DNA of 62,269 nt, counting the filler, from Rhabdomonas costata (lineage: Eukaryota), in NCBI GenBank assembly GCA_019059605.1. It is 23 parts of 23 records of this genome, joined end to end, with 100 filler letters (N's around TTAATTAATTAA, not from the genome) between each part and the next. Parts side by side here need not be neighbours in the genome. Positions count along the whole stretch, not along the records: positions 1 to 2,614 come from JAHMHO010002621.1; positions 2,715 to 5,327 come from JAHMHO010002622.1; positions 5,428 to 8,042 come from JAHMHO010002623.1; positions 8,143 to 10,755 come from JAHMHO010002624.1; 19 more parts are not named here. The stretch is one strand, 5' to 3'. Under the pieces are notes generated by a model, which worked only from the letters and a program-made list of their open reading frames with translations, ran no database searches and was not told the DNA's origin. A program made the position numbers and the translations under genes. Position 1 is the stretch's first letter, and each line of letters opens with the position of its first letter. This document shows, piece after piece, positions 1-10,389 of the stretch.

Positions 1-622
1 GGTGGGGGTGTGACCTTTCCGGGTGGCTTTCGTGCTCCACCGAACGACACAGCTTGCGTGTCATATGTATATGTGTTTGCATGAAGGTGCGGTTGTGTGG
101 TATATTGTCCCTGTTTAGATAGAAGACCGGAATCGAATAAGCCCGGGTGTCAATAGGACTGAAAAATGTAGAAGTCCGGGGTTGTATTCAAGGATTCACG
201 GCCTGTGCCCTCTCTTGACGGCTGCATTTGTCTTCTTGTGAGCGTCATTCCTCCAATTTGGATTTGTTCTAGATTTCTGTCCTATGCGAACCGCCCCATG
301 TGCACGAATGACACAGCTTGCGGATGCGCATCCCCAGTCACGTGATATTTTGAGCTGGCTTTTCGCTTTTCCTTCCCTTCCATGAGGACAAGACATACCA
401 AAGGTTGTATGTGCGCACGTAAGCAGCGTGCACTAGTGCGCCGAAACCAGCGCCGAAGTCAGCTTGTCCCGAAGTCAGGTACTTCAGTGAAACAGTCATC
501 GTCTTCATTTCAGCTTCATTGGACCATGGGGTGTGGGTTCGATTCCTTCAGAAGAAGAAGCTGTGCTGCATGTGCCGCATGTGCCGCAATTTTCAGTTTG
601 CTTCCAGCTTGTTATTATTCAG

Positions 623-1112
623 GCCTACGCCCGTCGAGCGGACACGGAAGTTGCCCTGAGAGCCTGTGCGACAGCCATGAGAATTCTGAAGCAGCGGAAG
701 GAGGAGATCCCATGGGCTCTTTGCAACAACGCAGCGGTGTTCCACCACAAAGCAGGTGTTTTTGATTCTCCTGCGTCCGTTACCACGATTGCTGGATTCG
801 CGTTTTGCTTCTGTTTGATAAAGAGGTGGTGTGAGAATGCTACACAGAAGTGCGTCCTTTGCGACTTGGGCAATCAAGTTGGTCCATAATATACGAGCGG
901 ACGTACTTTTTGAAGGACGATGAGAAATATAGGGGGAGCAGAAACACCTTTAGCCTATATTTGGCCTTCCTGGTGGCAAATCAGGTGTGGCATGTTTTCT
1001 GTTATATCTTTTTACCTGTGGATCAATCGCTGCAGGCCTTTTGGACGACGCTTCGCGCCTGTACCAGCGCGCCCTCGCAACTGCTCGTGGCTCCGAGAGC
1101 TCGTGGACTAAG
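623..1112 (+). CDS. CTR9: Internal exons of a TPR protein resembling PAF1-complex subunit CTR9 (partial)
   Basis: Exons 623-755 and 1036-1112 are bounded by AG/GT and phase-compatible. They join to AYARRADTEVALRACATAMRILKQRKEEIPWALCNNAAVFHHKAGLLDDASRLYQRAL, which resembles the CTR9 'ALSAY..A.RIL...VPPEILNN.G.LH...G....A' TPR. Recognition by eye only. Confidence 0.5.
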
Positions 1113-2052
1113 GTTTAATGGCTGGCCTTTTCATCTTATTAACATTTGGTCGTTTTGGATTTGGTGTTTTCAATAAGGGTGATGGCTACCGAGAAACGTA
1201 TGTTCGTGAACTTCCACTTGAACGTGGTTCGGAGGGGGAAAAATCGCTCAAGCTGGCTGTGTTCGTGCACCTTCTGTGTAATGCCTGTGTAGCGGTCAAT
1301 ATGGATGATTATGTTTAGGTTTCGATATTGAGTGGAGAGATCCCAATCAATTATGATAGTAATGGCAAAACGGAAGCGCAGGAACAGTACGTACGTCTTA
1401 GTGTCAAAAGCGCTTTTGCAGAGCACAGCATGCAGATGACAGAGGTGGGGGTGAGAAAACAAGACCACAAAAATCTGGGAATGGGTTTACTGCAGGGGAC
1501 AAAGAAGGGGAGGAAAGGAGACGTGGTGAAGAAAGAGGGAGATGGAAGAGCTGTATCAAAGGACTGCGCAATTCCGGAACTGACAGGTGAGGCTGGAAGG
1601 GCAAAACAACGTGGGCCTGTCGCAGATTAAAGGAGAGCATGGAACATGGGGGCATGGCGGTGGCTTAGCCAAGGCACAAAGTATTTTAAGAAGGGGACAA
1701 CCTGGAGGGGTCGTAAAGGGAAAGGGTTTTGAGGCATGGTGGTGCCCCCCCCCCAATCACGGTAACTGACAAAAATGTACTTGCTCGCATGTTGGATGCA
1801 AGGCTGAAAACTCTCTGCACAGGCAAACCTAATCTTATTTCCTGAATCGCTTTCTCGGCCATCCGCTTTGCTATTATATATTGTTTTGCTTTGCTTTCTG
1901 CTCATCATCATTGACGATTAACCACTCAAAGATGTTTTTGCACGAAAAAGGTCAGTCTAATACGCGATCACCCTCAACTTATAAAAAGCTGGGCAGCTGC
2001 ACCCAGAGGTTCCGATATTATTAACACCCCGCGTTCGCAAAGGGATGCATAC

Positions 2053-2212
2053 CCTCCGATGACTGTGTAAACTCCCGCAGAGGCGGGCAGCCCGCGGTCG
2101 ACCAAGCACATCGGGTCGATGCAACCGCTCTGGCAGTAGTACCCCGCCATGCACCGTAGGTCCGTCGAGGCTGTCAGAGGGTCCACCGTGCCCGTGCTCG
2201 GACAGTAGTAGC
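2053..2212 (-). CDS. Internal exon of a cysteine-rich surface protein (GYYC repeats, GCC2/GCC3-like)
   Basis: CAG acceptor and GTATGC donor flank GYYCPSTGTVDPLTASTDLRCMAGYYCQSGCIDPMC, which has two G-Y-Y-C motifs. Confidence 0.55.
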
Positions 2213-2614
2213 CTGTTCCCCCCCACACCAGGCCAGCTCGGACACAAAATCACACAGCAGATGCTATACACACAAAATGACGATCACTGCACAGCCAAAG
2301 TGTTCCCTGTTCAAAGTGAATAAAAGAACGATGCTGCTTGAACAGAAGGGAGCAGAGAGAAAAGTCATACACGATGCACCAAATCAAATACTGCAAGGCA
2401 CTGATGGCGAAAACTTCTGACCCCAACAACTGGCCATGCGGCATTTCGGGTGGCCTGCTGCATATACAAAAGGCCTCAGGCCTGCTGTGGCTAAAAGAGT
2501 TGTGTGTTGTGCTGGCGGGTGCAAAAATGAAGTTCAAAAGTAAAGCGCGCAAACGAAAGAAACTAACGTCAAAGCAAACAAACAAGCAGACAAGCAGACA
2601 AGCAAACCAACAAA

Positions 2615-2714
2615 NNNNNNNNNNNNNNNNNNNNNNNNNNNNNNNNNNNNNNNNNNNNTTAATTAATTAANNNNNNNNNNNNNNNNNNNNNNNNNNNNNN
2701 NNNNNNNNNNNNNN
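2615..2714. other. Artificial contig spacer N44-TTAATTAATTAA-N44 (first of 22)
   Basis: Identical 100-bp blocks start at 2615, 5328, 8043, 10756, 13469, 16184, 18896, 21609, 24319, 27031, 29742, 32457, 35168, 37879, 40590, 43301, 46013, 48723, 51433, 54143, 56853 and 59561. The palindromic 12-mer gives stop codons in all six frames. Confidence 0.99.
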
Positions 2715-4671
2715 TTTTCCCGGTGATTCGCGTTATGTGGCTCGTTCTCAAGAGGAGGGCGGAAAGGCAAGGAGGAAGTGAGGCTCAAGAGCTATGCTTC
2801 CAAGAAGGCGGCAATAAGAGACGAAAGACCTTTGTAAAGGGAAGACCTTTGAGAAGAGAAAAGTGTGTAGCGAGGCAGCTTCGGAAAGGAGAGGGCGAAA
2901 AAGAAAAGAAGAAAGTGCAGAAGGCAGGTGTCGAGGACGACCTGGCCCGAAGACGCCGCTGTCAACGAGAAAGCTGTGGAGAGAGGATTTTGACGAGCAG
3001 CGGCGGGTCTTGTCAAGAAAGAGCGCGCGCGGAGTCATGGGAACAGCACTGGAGGAAAGGTTAGGGCAATGAAACGAGTACAGGTTGGGACCGCGAGGCC
3101 ACCAGCGCCCATTCAAGGGTGAAACCCATACGGGGCGGAGCTGAAGGACAGCGGAGGCCGAGCCGGAGCCAAAGCAGCAAAGGAGGCCGCCACATGCCGA
3201 TGTCAGCGCAAATGAAAAAGAAGGAAAGAAGAGACGAAGTGCAGAGTCGAAAGAGATGAAGTTAGAAGAGCGAGGCGTGAGCCCGGGGGAGGTACAGAAA
3301 GTCGAACCCATGCAGCAGGCGCCAGCCAGCCTAGGAGAGCGCGTGGCGAGACAAAAGAACTGGGAGGCTTGGGTCTCGCATCTTGATGGGGGAGTTTTGG
3401 GCGCCAGGGGAAGGCTCAGACCCGAGGAGTAAGAGGAAAAAGCCGTCAGACAGGAAGTTATATACGGGAAAGAGCAAGGTATAGAAGGATGAACCGGAGA
3501 TCCTGGTGTGGAAAAAGCCCGGTGTAGGCAGCGACAGAAGGACAAGGGATGAGTAGATTCCGAAGAAGAAGCGGAAGAGCGGCAGACAGCAGCACAGTGG
3601 AATAATTGAAGTTCCGAATGGAGTACAGTAAAAAAAGAGGTAAGTAACTGCCGAAGTCCAAATGCAAGAGGCAGAATGGCTACAAGAGTAAAGCGACAGA
3701 GTTGCATTGAAAAGAAGTTTTTGCACAAGGGAGTTGCATCGAAGTCAGAAGAATTTGGGAAAGCCGGGAAATTGCAAGAAGAATGTTGCAAGTGGCGGAA
3801 TTAAATAAAATATGACTGCTTCGAAAGGAGAAAATTTACTGTATTGAAGGGTGTTATTTGCAAGTTATTTTGACCAGAGACTGCCCTTCCAATACTATGC
3901 ATCACGCCCCCAAAGCACCCGATGAAAGACCAAAAGGCCTCACGCCTTACACTCTCACACCTGACAGCTGGAGATCACAGGTTCCCTCGCATGCCGGACT
4001 TCGGACGCAAGAAGAACGCAAACACGGTTAGCCGACACTCCGCGAAAGCATGGTCGGGAAACAGCTGCCGAACGCCGAGACCGTTGTAACCAGCGGCAGA
4101 CGCCGAGTTACAAGTAAGTGGTGTGTTTGCAAGCCGGGCTGTGTTAAAATTAAAATGAAGAAATGATGAAGACATAGAGGCAGGAACGGTAGAAAGTACG
4201 GCAAATTTCTCTCTACAGTCAAAGGTGGTAAAAGAAGGAAGTTCGCGGTGTTTTGGTATTTATGTTTTAAGACATGGAGAAAACAAAAACAACCTCTCTA
4301 CAAAAAGGTCTGGAAACCTATATCATTGAAGAGAGAAAACTGACGAGGATTGAGATGAAGCAGCTTTAAAAAAGCTCTGATCCACCACTTTTGCAAGAGT
4401 TGGAAGGCCCACATGATGCTCAGAAAACATACCGCCGCGGACCTGTGTAACGGCTAAGCGTATGTAGGAAGCGCGTTTTGTGGTAGAAGATAAAGGAGAC
4501 AGCTTGGTAATCCAGACAAGATTTTGGCTTGGCGTCTGTGGCGCCGGTTTTATTTATGGCTGGTGGTGGAGTGGCCCCACCCGCCAGCCAAACCCCTCAA
4601 AAAAACTAAGCTACCGCCACGACCCATAAAATTTCAAGCCGCGGTTCTCCCACACCCTATATATTTCAGTT

Positions 4672-5012
4672 CAGAGCTTAGTTCAGTGGGTAAGGAAACG
4701 GCTTGTGCCCAGAAAGTCATGGGTTTAAACCACGTTTCCGGCTGTAAATTCCTTTGAACCGGTGCAACGGCACTGAGCAGGATATGTGCCCTAAAATTCC
4801 AGCTGCACGCCAGATTAGTGAATAGTCTAGTGGTTTGACACTGTGATGTTGTACGTTGTAGATTGTGGGTTCAAGTCCGAAAAAGTCAGCTCGTAGCCAC
4901 AAGGCAAGCCAAGGATATATGTAGAGAAAAGTACCCCTACTAACAGGTAACCTAATGATACAGTGGCAAAGGGTGGACTTACCCTGGGTGATTGGTTCGA
5001 ATCCTTGGTGCA
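4672..5012 (+). repeat. Three degenerate tRNA-like units (Pol III A-box/B-box pairs), possible SINE heads or tRNA pseudogenes
   Basis: A/B pairs: TAGTTCAGTGG 4679 / GGTTTAAACC 4722; TAGTCTAGTGG 4823 / GGTTCAAGTCC 4868; TGATACAGTGG 4956 / GGTTCGAATCC 4994. Spacing is tRNA-like (38-45 nt). No intact acceptor stems. Confidence 0.45.
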
Positions 5013-6008
5013 TTTTTAATATTCTGAGTTGGATTAAAGATGTATTATTGTCATCTCACGTATTGTCGCCATTATTGTATCAGTACGGATCTGGGTAAGA
5101 TTTACATAGGAAGAATGATGAAAACAGGCATTCTCAGCTCCCCCTCAGCAACTGCAGGTTTAGGTGCCTTGGTCAGGATAACGGGTCACCAACGGGTAGC
5201 GCAAGTCAACACGCTACTGGTTCAGGCTGTACAGCCCCCGTTCGAAACACAGAGATGGATATACGATCAAACCAGACGACCCATCCCCTGTTTTTTTGGC
5301 GACATATTTGTGAACGTCAATACACCCNNNNNNNNNNNNNNNNNNNNNNNNNNNNNNNNNNNNNNNNNNNNTTAATTAATTAANNNNNNNNNNNNNNNNN
5401 NNNNNNNNNNNNNNNNNNNNNNNNNNNACGCATTGCGCGCTGGTTGTTGCCTGGTTGCCTGGTTGACTGGTTGGTGGTGACCACTGTGGACTGACTGGCG
5501 CACGCGCTGTTGGCCACGGGTGCTTGCGAGAGGTGCCGTTGAAGTGAACGGTGCCGTGGAGTACCGGAACTGGCTCACCGCCGAACGCTCCACATATGGT
5601 AACCTCCCTTCTGCCCCACGGGTCCCGGGCCATTGTCGCGCAGCTGCTTTTTTCTGCTTTTTTCCAGCGGCTACCTGCATTGCTTCATTGCTGCTCAGGT
5701 CTCTGCGACTCCACACTGTCATGTGTGTCTGTATGCTGGTGTGCGTGCATGCTTAGGAACCCATTACCTTTCGCTTCGGAGTCCACGAGTGCCCATTACT
5801 AAGATCTTCTGTCCTTCGCTTTCTTCACTCAGCAGACAGATTCCCTCACGCTCGCAGCACATACGTTTTCGGCTGAAATCATTCTAGGGGTGAGGGTCAC
5901 ATTGCAGCAGTGTTCAAGGTCCGGGGCAGACAGAAGCAGCACAAATACAACGTGGGGAAGAAATTCCGCGCGCGCGCGCCACACACACACACACACACAC
6001 AAACACAC

Positions 6009-7788
6009 CTGCGTACCACGAGGCCCGGCGGTTGACCACGCACCTCACCTCCACAGGGTCGCCCGGGCGGGGCGGCACCTCCGCAGCCTCCCCACCACTG
6101 CTGCTGCAACTGCTGTGGCAACTCCCAATGCTACTGCTGCTGCTGCTGTAGCTGCCCTGATCGCTGCGGGACGAGTTGCCGTCACTGCGACGCTTGCTCA
6201 ACTCCAGCTCGTAGTCCTCGAGGGCCCTCCAGTACGTCCGGCTCCTGCACCCCCCGGGACCCCCTCCCAACCAAATAGACACGCGCGCATCCCATCACTA
6301 CTACATACATAGTCGATCAACGGTCGTTCGGTGGTCAGAACTTTTGGCTGCGCCCCCCACACTGTTGGATAATAACCCGCAGATCATACACCGGTTTCAT
6401 ATTGTGAAGTTTCGGGTTTTAGGCATTCGCGTTTCTCTCCACAACTTACCGCCTTAAGCAGGTACTGCTCCAGCCAAGGTCTGTCCGAAGTGGGAAGAGG
6501 AGATGGCGGCCAACCGTTCAGCTGACTCTGCCAACGTGCTTTTATAATGCGCCACCTTGTAAGTGTGAGGGTGAGGTGAAAAAGCGGAAACAAAATTCCG
6601 TTTTTAAGAATTGTAAGAAAAAAGTCTTACAATGCAAGCCATACCAGCACCTTCTTCCTATACATTCGAGGGTGGAAGCTTTACGGATCGCCTTGTTTTT
6701 TCAGTAGCCTAGAATGTTTTCCGACGTGCGCAGGTGAGGTTTCGAGCTCTTGACATGGCAGGACTCATGTGGTCGAGTTCCGATTGTGCCGATGTTTGAG
6801 TGCTGGCACCCGTAGGAGACGAGGATCTCCGAGCCCGCGGGGATCGGGGCCACGGCCCGGGCCACAGTGCTGACCTCGCCGGTCCAGGGGTCCACTTGGC
6901 GCCGGAACTCCACGTTGGCTGGGCTGCCGGTGTTGCTGCCGGAAAGGGAGGAAAACACATACAAGGGAACGTGAAGAGGCCTTGCAGGAATGAAGGGCCG
7001 CGTCACGTGGATGCGTATACACACATCAGGGCACGATGCATGAAGTGGTAGTGAACAACAGTGGAACCACCGCGAGGCAATTTTGGGGCCTGGAAAAACG
7101 CCCATTGTTGGCAGAATGTGTGCCAGCTTTCAGTGCTTTCTAGAGCTTTCCGGGGATACGGATGAGTAGGCAGGTACAGCTGGCTATGGTGATGTGTGGC
7201 GCTCCAGAGTCCTCGGCACTCGACCCTCCTATGAAAAGAAATCGCGAAGAACCCGCACATTATCTGGTCTAGCGTAACAGGAGGTAACGCAGGTCCTGGC
7301 TCCGCTGTGGTAAGTTATGCAAACGTTCTATTTGCAAGACGAGGGCCATGGGAAACCTTAGGAATCTAGAGCGCCAAGTCAGACGGTAAGGAGATCATGA
7401 TATGTGCCTGAGGAGTGATCATGCTTTGCTGTGTAAATTTGGAAGGAGCTGGTTTGCTTAGACATTAGTATGCGCACAGTAGATAAAATTAAGTGATCGT
7501 GTGGATTCACACGGGTGCCAGCGCACTTGGCGTTGCAGGCAATGCGCAAATGGAGTATGCGGGAGGCGGAGGATGGGGCGGGCAGAACCGGAAGTCGTTG
7601 ATAAACCGGCCCTCGCTGCCGCAGTGCGCCGCGTCGACGTCCAGGCCGGTGGAGTAGCCGTACTGTGCGATGTACGCGGAGCGGGTGTCCTCGGCAGCCA
7701 CTGTGAGCACCCCGCCGTAGCAGATCTGGTAGCCCTGCGGCAAGGGCTGCGCAGCGAAGGCCCCCACTCCACCGCACACGGGGTGCCC
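6009..7788 (-). CDS. SET-domain protein (partial, 3 exons)
   Basis: Exons 7788-7589, 6935-6810 and 6244-6009 have GT-AG borders and compatible phases. They give G.GAFAAQPLP...VDAAHCGSEGRFINDFRNTGSPANVEF...PIPAGSEILVSYGSRTYW (SET RFIND and ILVSYG..YW motifs), then a Ser-rich linker and GDPVEV...WY. Confidence 0.8.
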
Positions 7789-8142
7789 CTGTACAGAACA
7801 ACGCAACAGGGGAAGGAGTTGGGGGAGGTGCACAGCATACATCGCGGAGGCAAGGGAGGGTGAACAAGGAATGATAACGAAGGCCTCTGTTGCGCTGAAA
7901 ACCTGGTACGGTAATGTTTCATGCGCGTGGCACGGGCATCGGCGAGTTCAAGGCCGAACCCTACCTCTCCAACCATGCGGCTTTTTGCTGTAATCATACG
8001 ATATAATGTACTGTACCTTATATCGTATGATTACACCAAAAANNNNNNNNNNNNNNNNNNNNNNNNNNNNNNNNNNNNNNNNNNNNTTAATTAATTAANN
8101 NNNNNNNNNNNNNNNNNNNNNNNNNNNNNNNNNNNNNNNNNN

Positions 8143-10309
8143 GTGGTGGGGGGCTCTGTGTTGGCCCTTCCGGTGGTCGCACCGGTGAGATCGGCGAGTG
8201 GGGAGCTGCGCGGCGTGGTGGGCAGCGAGTTCACTGTGGCGCACTTTGACAGTTTCCTTCAGGAGGTCAGTGGCGGACTATGTGGAGGAAAAGTGGTTGG
8301 TCATTTCACCGAAAGCTCTCCGTGTGGTGCTCGCAACTTCAAATGGCTCTATAATTGTATTTTTTTGGCACATCGCGTGCCAAAGCGAGATTAGAATCGA
8401 ATGGTAGATACGTATATTCCCGTACTGGGTGAGGTTGGTACGGAGGGAGGGTCACAATGAATCGGGGCTTGGCCTTGCTGATGCAAAAGTTTAGCAGCTT
8501 CATAGAAGCTCATGGGAAAACTATGCATCATCCCTGGAACCTGGATTTGCTCAGTGCTGGATCCCTGCTTGGTTCCGTTGGCCTCATCATCCGCGCACGT
8601 TCCGCACGTTTCTCCAAAATAAGGGAGGTAAGGGGGGTCCCCGCAGCTCAAGGAAGCAAACCCAACTCTCATCCGTAGACGGGGAGGTGCACAGCTCGAA
8701 GCCAAAACCACAACTTGAGAGGTAACAGAACTCAAGCATTGGAGTAATCGTTTCCTATCGCTTTCACCCTGGCTTCAGATCTCTGCTACCCTTTTTGAGG
8801 GCACGGTGGCCTTCCTGGTGGAGATAACCACTGGGTATCTCCTTGCCAGTTCCATTGTCGGACAGCAGATGGTCTCCCTCTTCACTCCCGGCGGGCAGGC
8901 GGTGCGGGTTCTTGCCGTAGAGGCCAGCAGCGAGGTGATCCGGACTATCTCTCGGGGAGTCGCTGACTCCTCCCGCAGCTGGATGAGCTTCCTGGACACG
9001 AGCCAGCAGATCAGCTCTGGGATTATCGGAGGGTACATGGTGGACGCACGCCGAGTGAACCTGGAGGCATGACATTTAATGTTCTGTGCAGAGGGTTTTC
9101 CTTTTTCTCGGCGTTTTAACGTTTTGGGAGACTGGCCGTGGATCTGTAGCCACCTTGCCCTCTTCTCGAAAATTCGGAGGTTTGACAGAATGGGCGGCAC
9201 TGGCATGGTAGTTGATTGTAGCCAGGACCTGTGTGCCTAAAGCGGAGCTGTTACCAGGCGAGCAAAAATGGAATGGATGCCCATCTTTCCGGCTTGGAGG
9301 AATCGGCTTCTATCTTGGGCATGGTGGTCCGAGGCTGGTCTCTCTTTTTTCTACTCCGGATGGTGTTGTTTCTAGGGCCTGCAGTGGGTTATGGTGGTTG
9401 GCACGAATGCCGACTCGTGGACCTCTATGGTCAATGATGGGCTTCCGCTGACTATCGGGCTGGTCGTCCTTGCGCTTTTTGGGTACAATCTGATACCCCT
9501 CCTTCCCCGTACTTACAGTTTTTCCCTCCGATGTGCGTATCCAAAGAACTTGCCGTTCGTGCGAGATTGCGTTTTCTTGGCATGATGAATAAGAATTCTT
9601 TTTGTTAACCTTTGGCAGCTGGACAACACCAAGCAAGCGCCCATGGAAGCTATCGTCATCGAACTGGTCTGCGGCCGCCACATCTAGGACTGCATGCAGC
9701 GCAAGAGGCAAGACAAAGAATCGCTCATTCCGGGAGAAAAAGATAGTGTCCTTCAGCCTTTCTCCCCTTTCTCCCTGGCAACGTGCCCATGCCCATGCCC
9801 ATGCCGATTGCCCGTGTGACACCGCGCAGTACTGCACTGCTTTCGCACCGTGCTGAGTCACCGCGGGTTTGGTCTGGCCATTTCTTGGCTACCGTTTGCA
9901 TTACAGCCGTCTGCCGATTTGGAGAATGCAATGCAATTGAGAAAATGAGACATTTTAGTTTGCTCTGTTTCTTCTATGCTCATTCGCCTGTAGCACGGCC
10001 CTGCTGACCATCCTTCTGACGAACCTTTTCACGGCCCCACTGATCCGCCTTGTCCGAGAGGTGGAGCTGCTGTGCGCCCTGGACGTGGTGCAGATGCAGC
10101 CCTTTCCCCGCTCCATGTACAAGGAGATCGACTCGCTGACGCAGGCCTTCAACACGCTGACGCGGAGCCTTGCGGAGTACCGGAAGTTCATGCCGGAGTC
10201 TCTGTTTGTAGAAAGGGGTCAGACCTGCTCCGAGGAGGAGACACCCCCAGCGAATTTGACAACCTCCGCTCCGAGCTTGGAGGCTGCAGTGGTGGAATCG
10301 GGAAGCCCG
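8143..10309 (+). CDS. Membrane sensor/receptor: Cache-like domain, TM, HAMP-like segment; probable receptor adenylate cyclase (partial)
   Basis: Exons 8143-8265, 8779-9066, 9376-9482 and 9994-~10309. Motifs: GELRGVVGSEFTVAHFDSFL, AFLVEITTGYLLASS, GLQWVMVV, TM LTIGLVVLALFGTALLTILL, HAMP-like FTAPLIRL...SMYKEIDSLTQAFNTL, and EYRKFMPESLF, a motif that typically precedes class III cyclase domains. The catalytic domain is not in the contig. Confidence 0.75.
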
Positions 10310-10323
10310 GTCTGTGTCCATGT

Positions 10324-10389
10324 TAGGAGGTATCCTGTGGTAATCTCCACGAGAAAAGCCACCGTGCCCTCGAAGAGCGTAGCGGAAAT
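10324..10389 (-). pseudogene. Inverted paralogous fragment of the exon at 8779-8844, with its own splice acceptor
   Basis: The minus strand reads pyrimidine tract-CAG then ISATLFEGTVAFLVEITTGYLL, identical in protein to 8779-8844. 13 of 22 codons differ, all synonymously. Confidence 0.85.

Noticed and set aside
1..12. G/T-rich contig ends as telomeres of gene-sized nanochromosomes
   Set aside because: There is no fixed repeat unit and genes are truncated mid-exon at the ends. The pattern fits degenerate G/T amplification primers better.
2748..3791. 347-aa minus-strand ORF
   Set aside because: It is the Ser/Leu/Phe-rich shadow of a purine-rich plus strand, with no motifs. The plus strand is broken by stops and is possibly a decayed repeat or gag-like region that I cannot assign.
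4672..5012. Functional tRNA genes
   Set aside because: The boxes are present, but acceptor stems and canonical 7-nt anticodon loops could not be formed. Kept only as tRNA-like elements.
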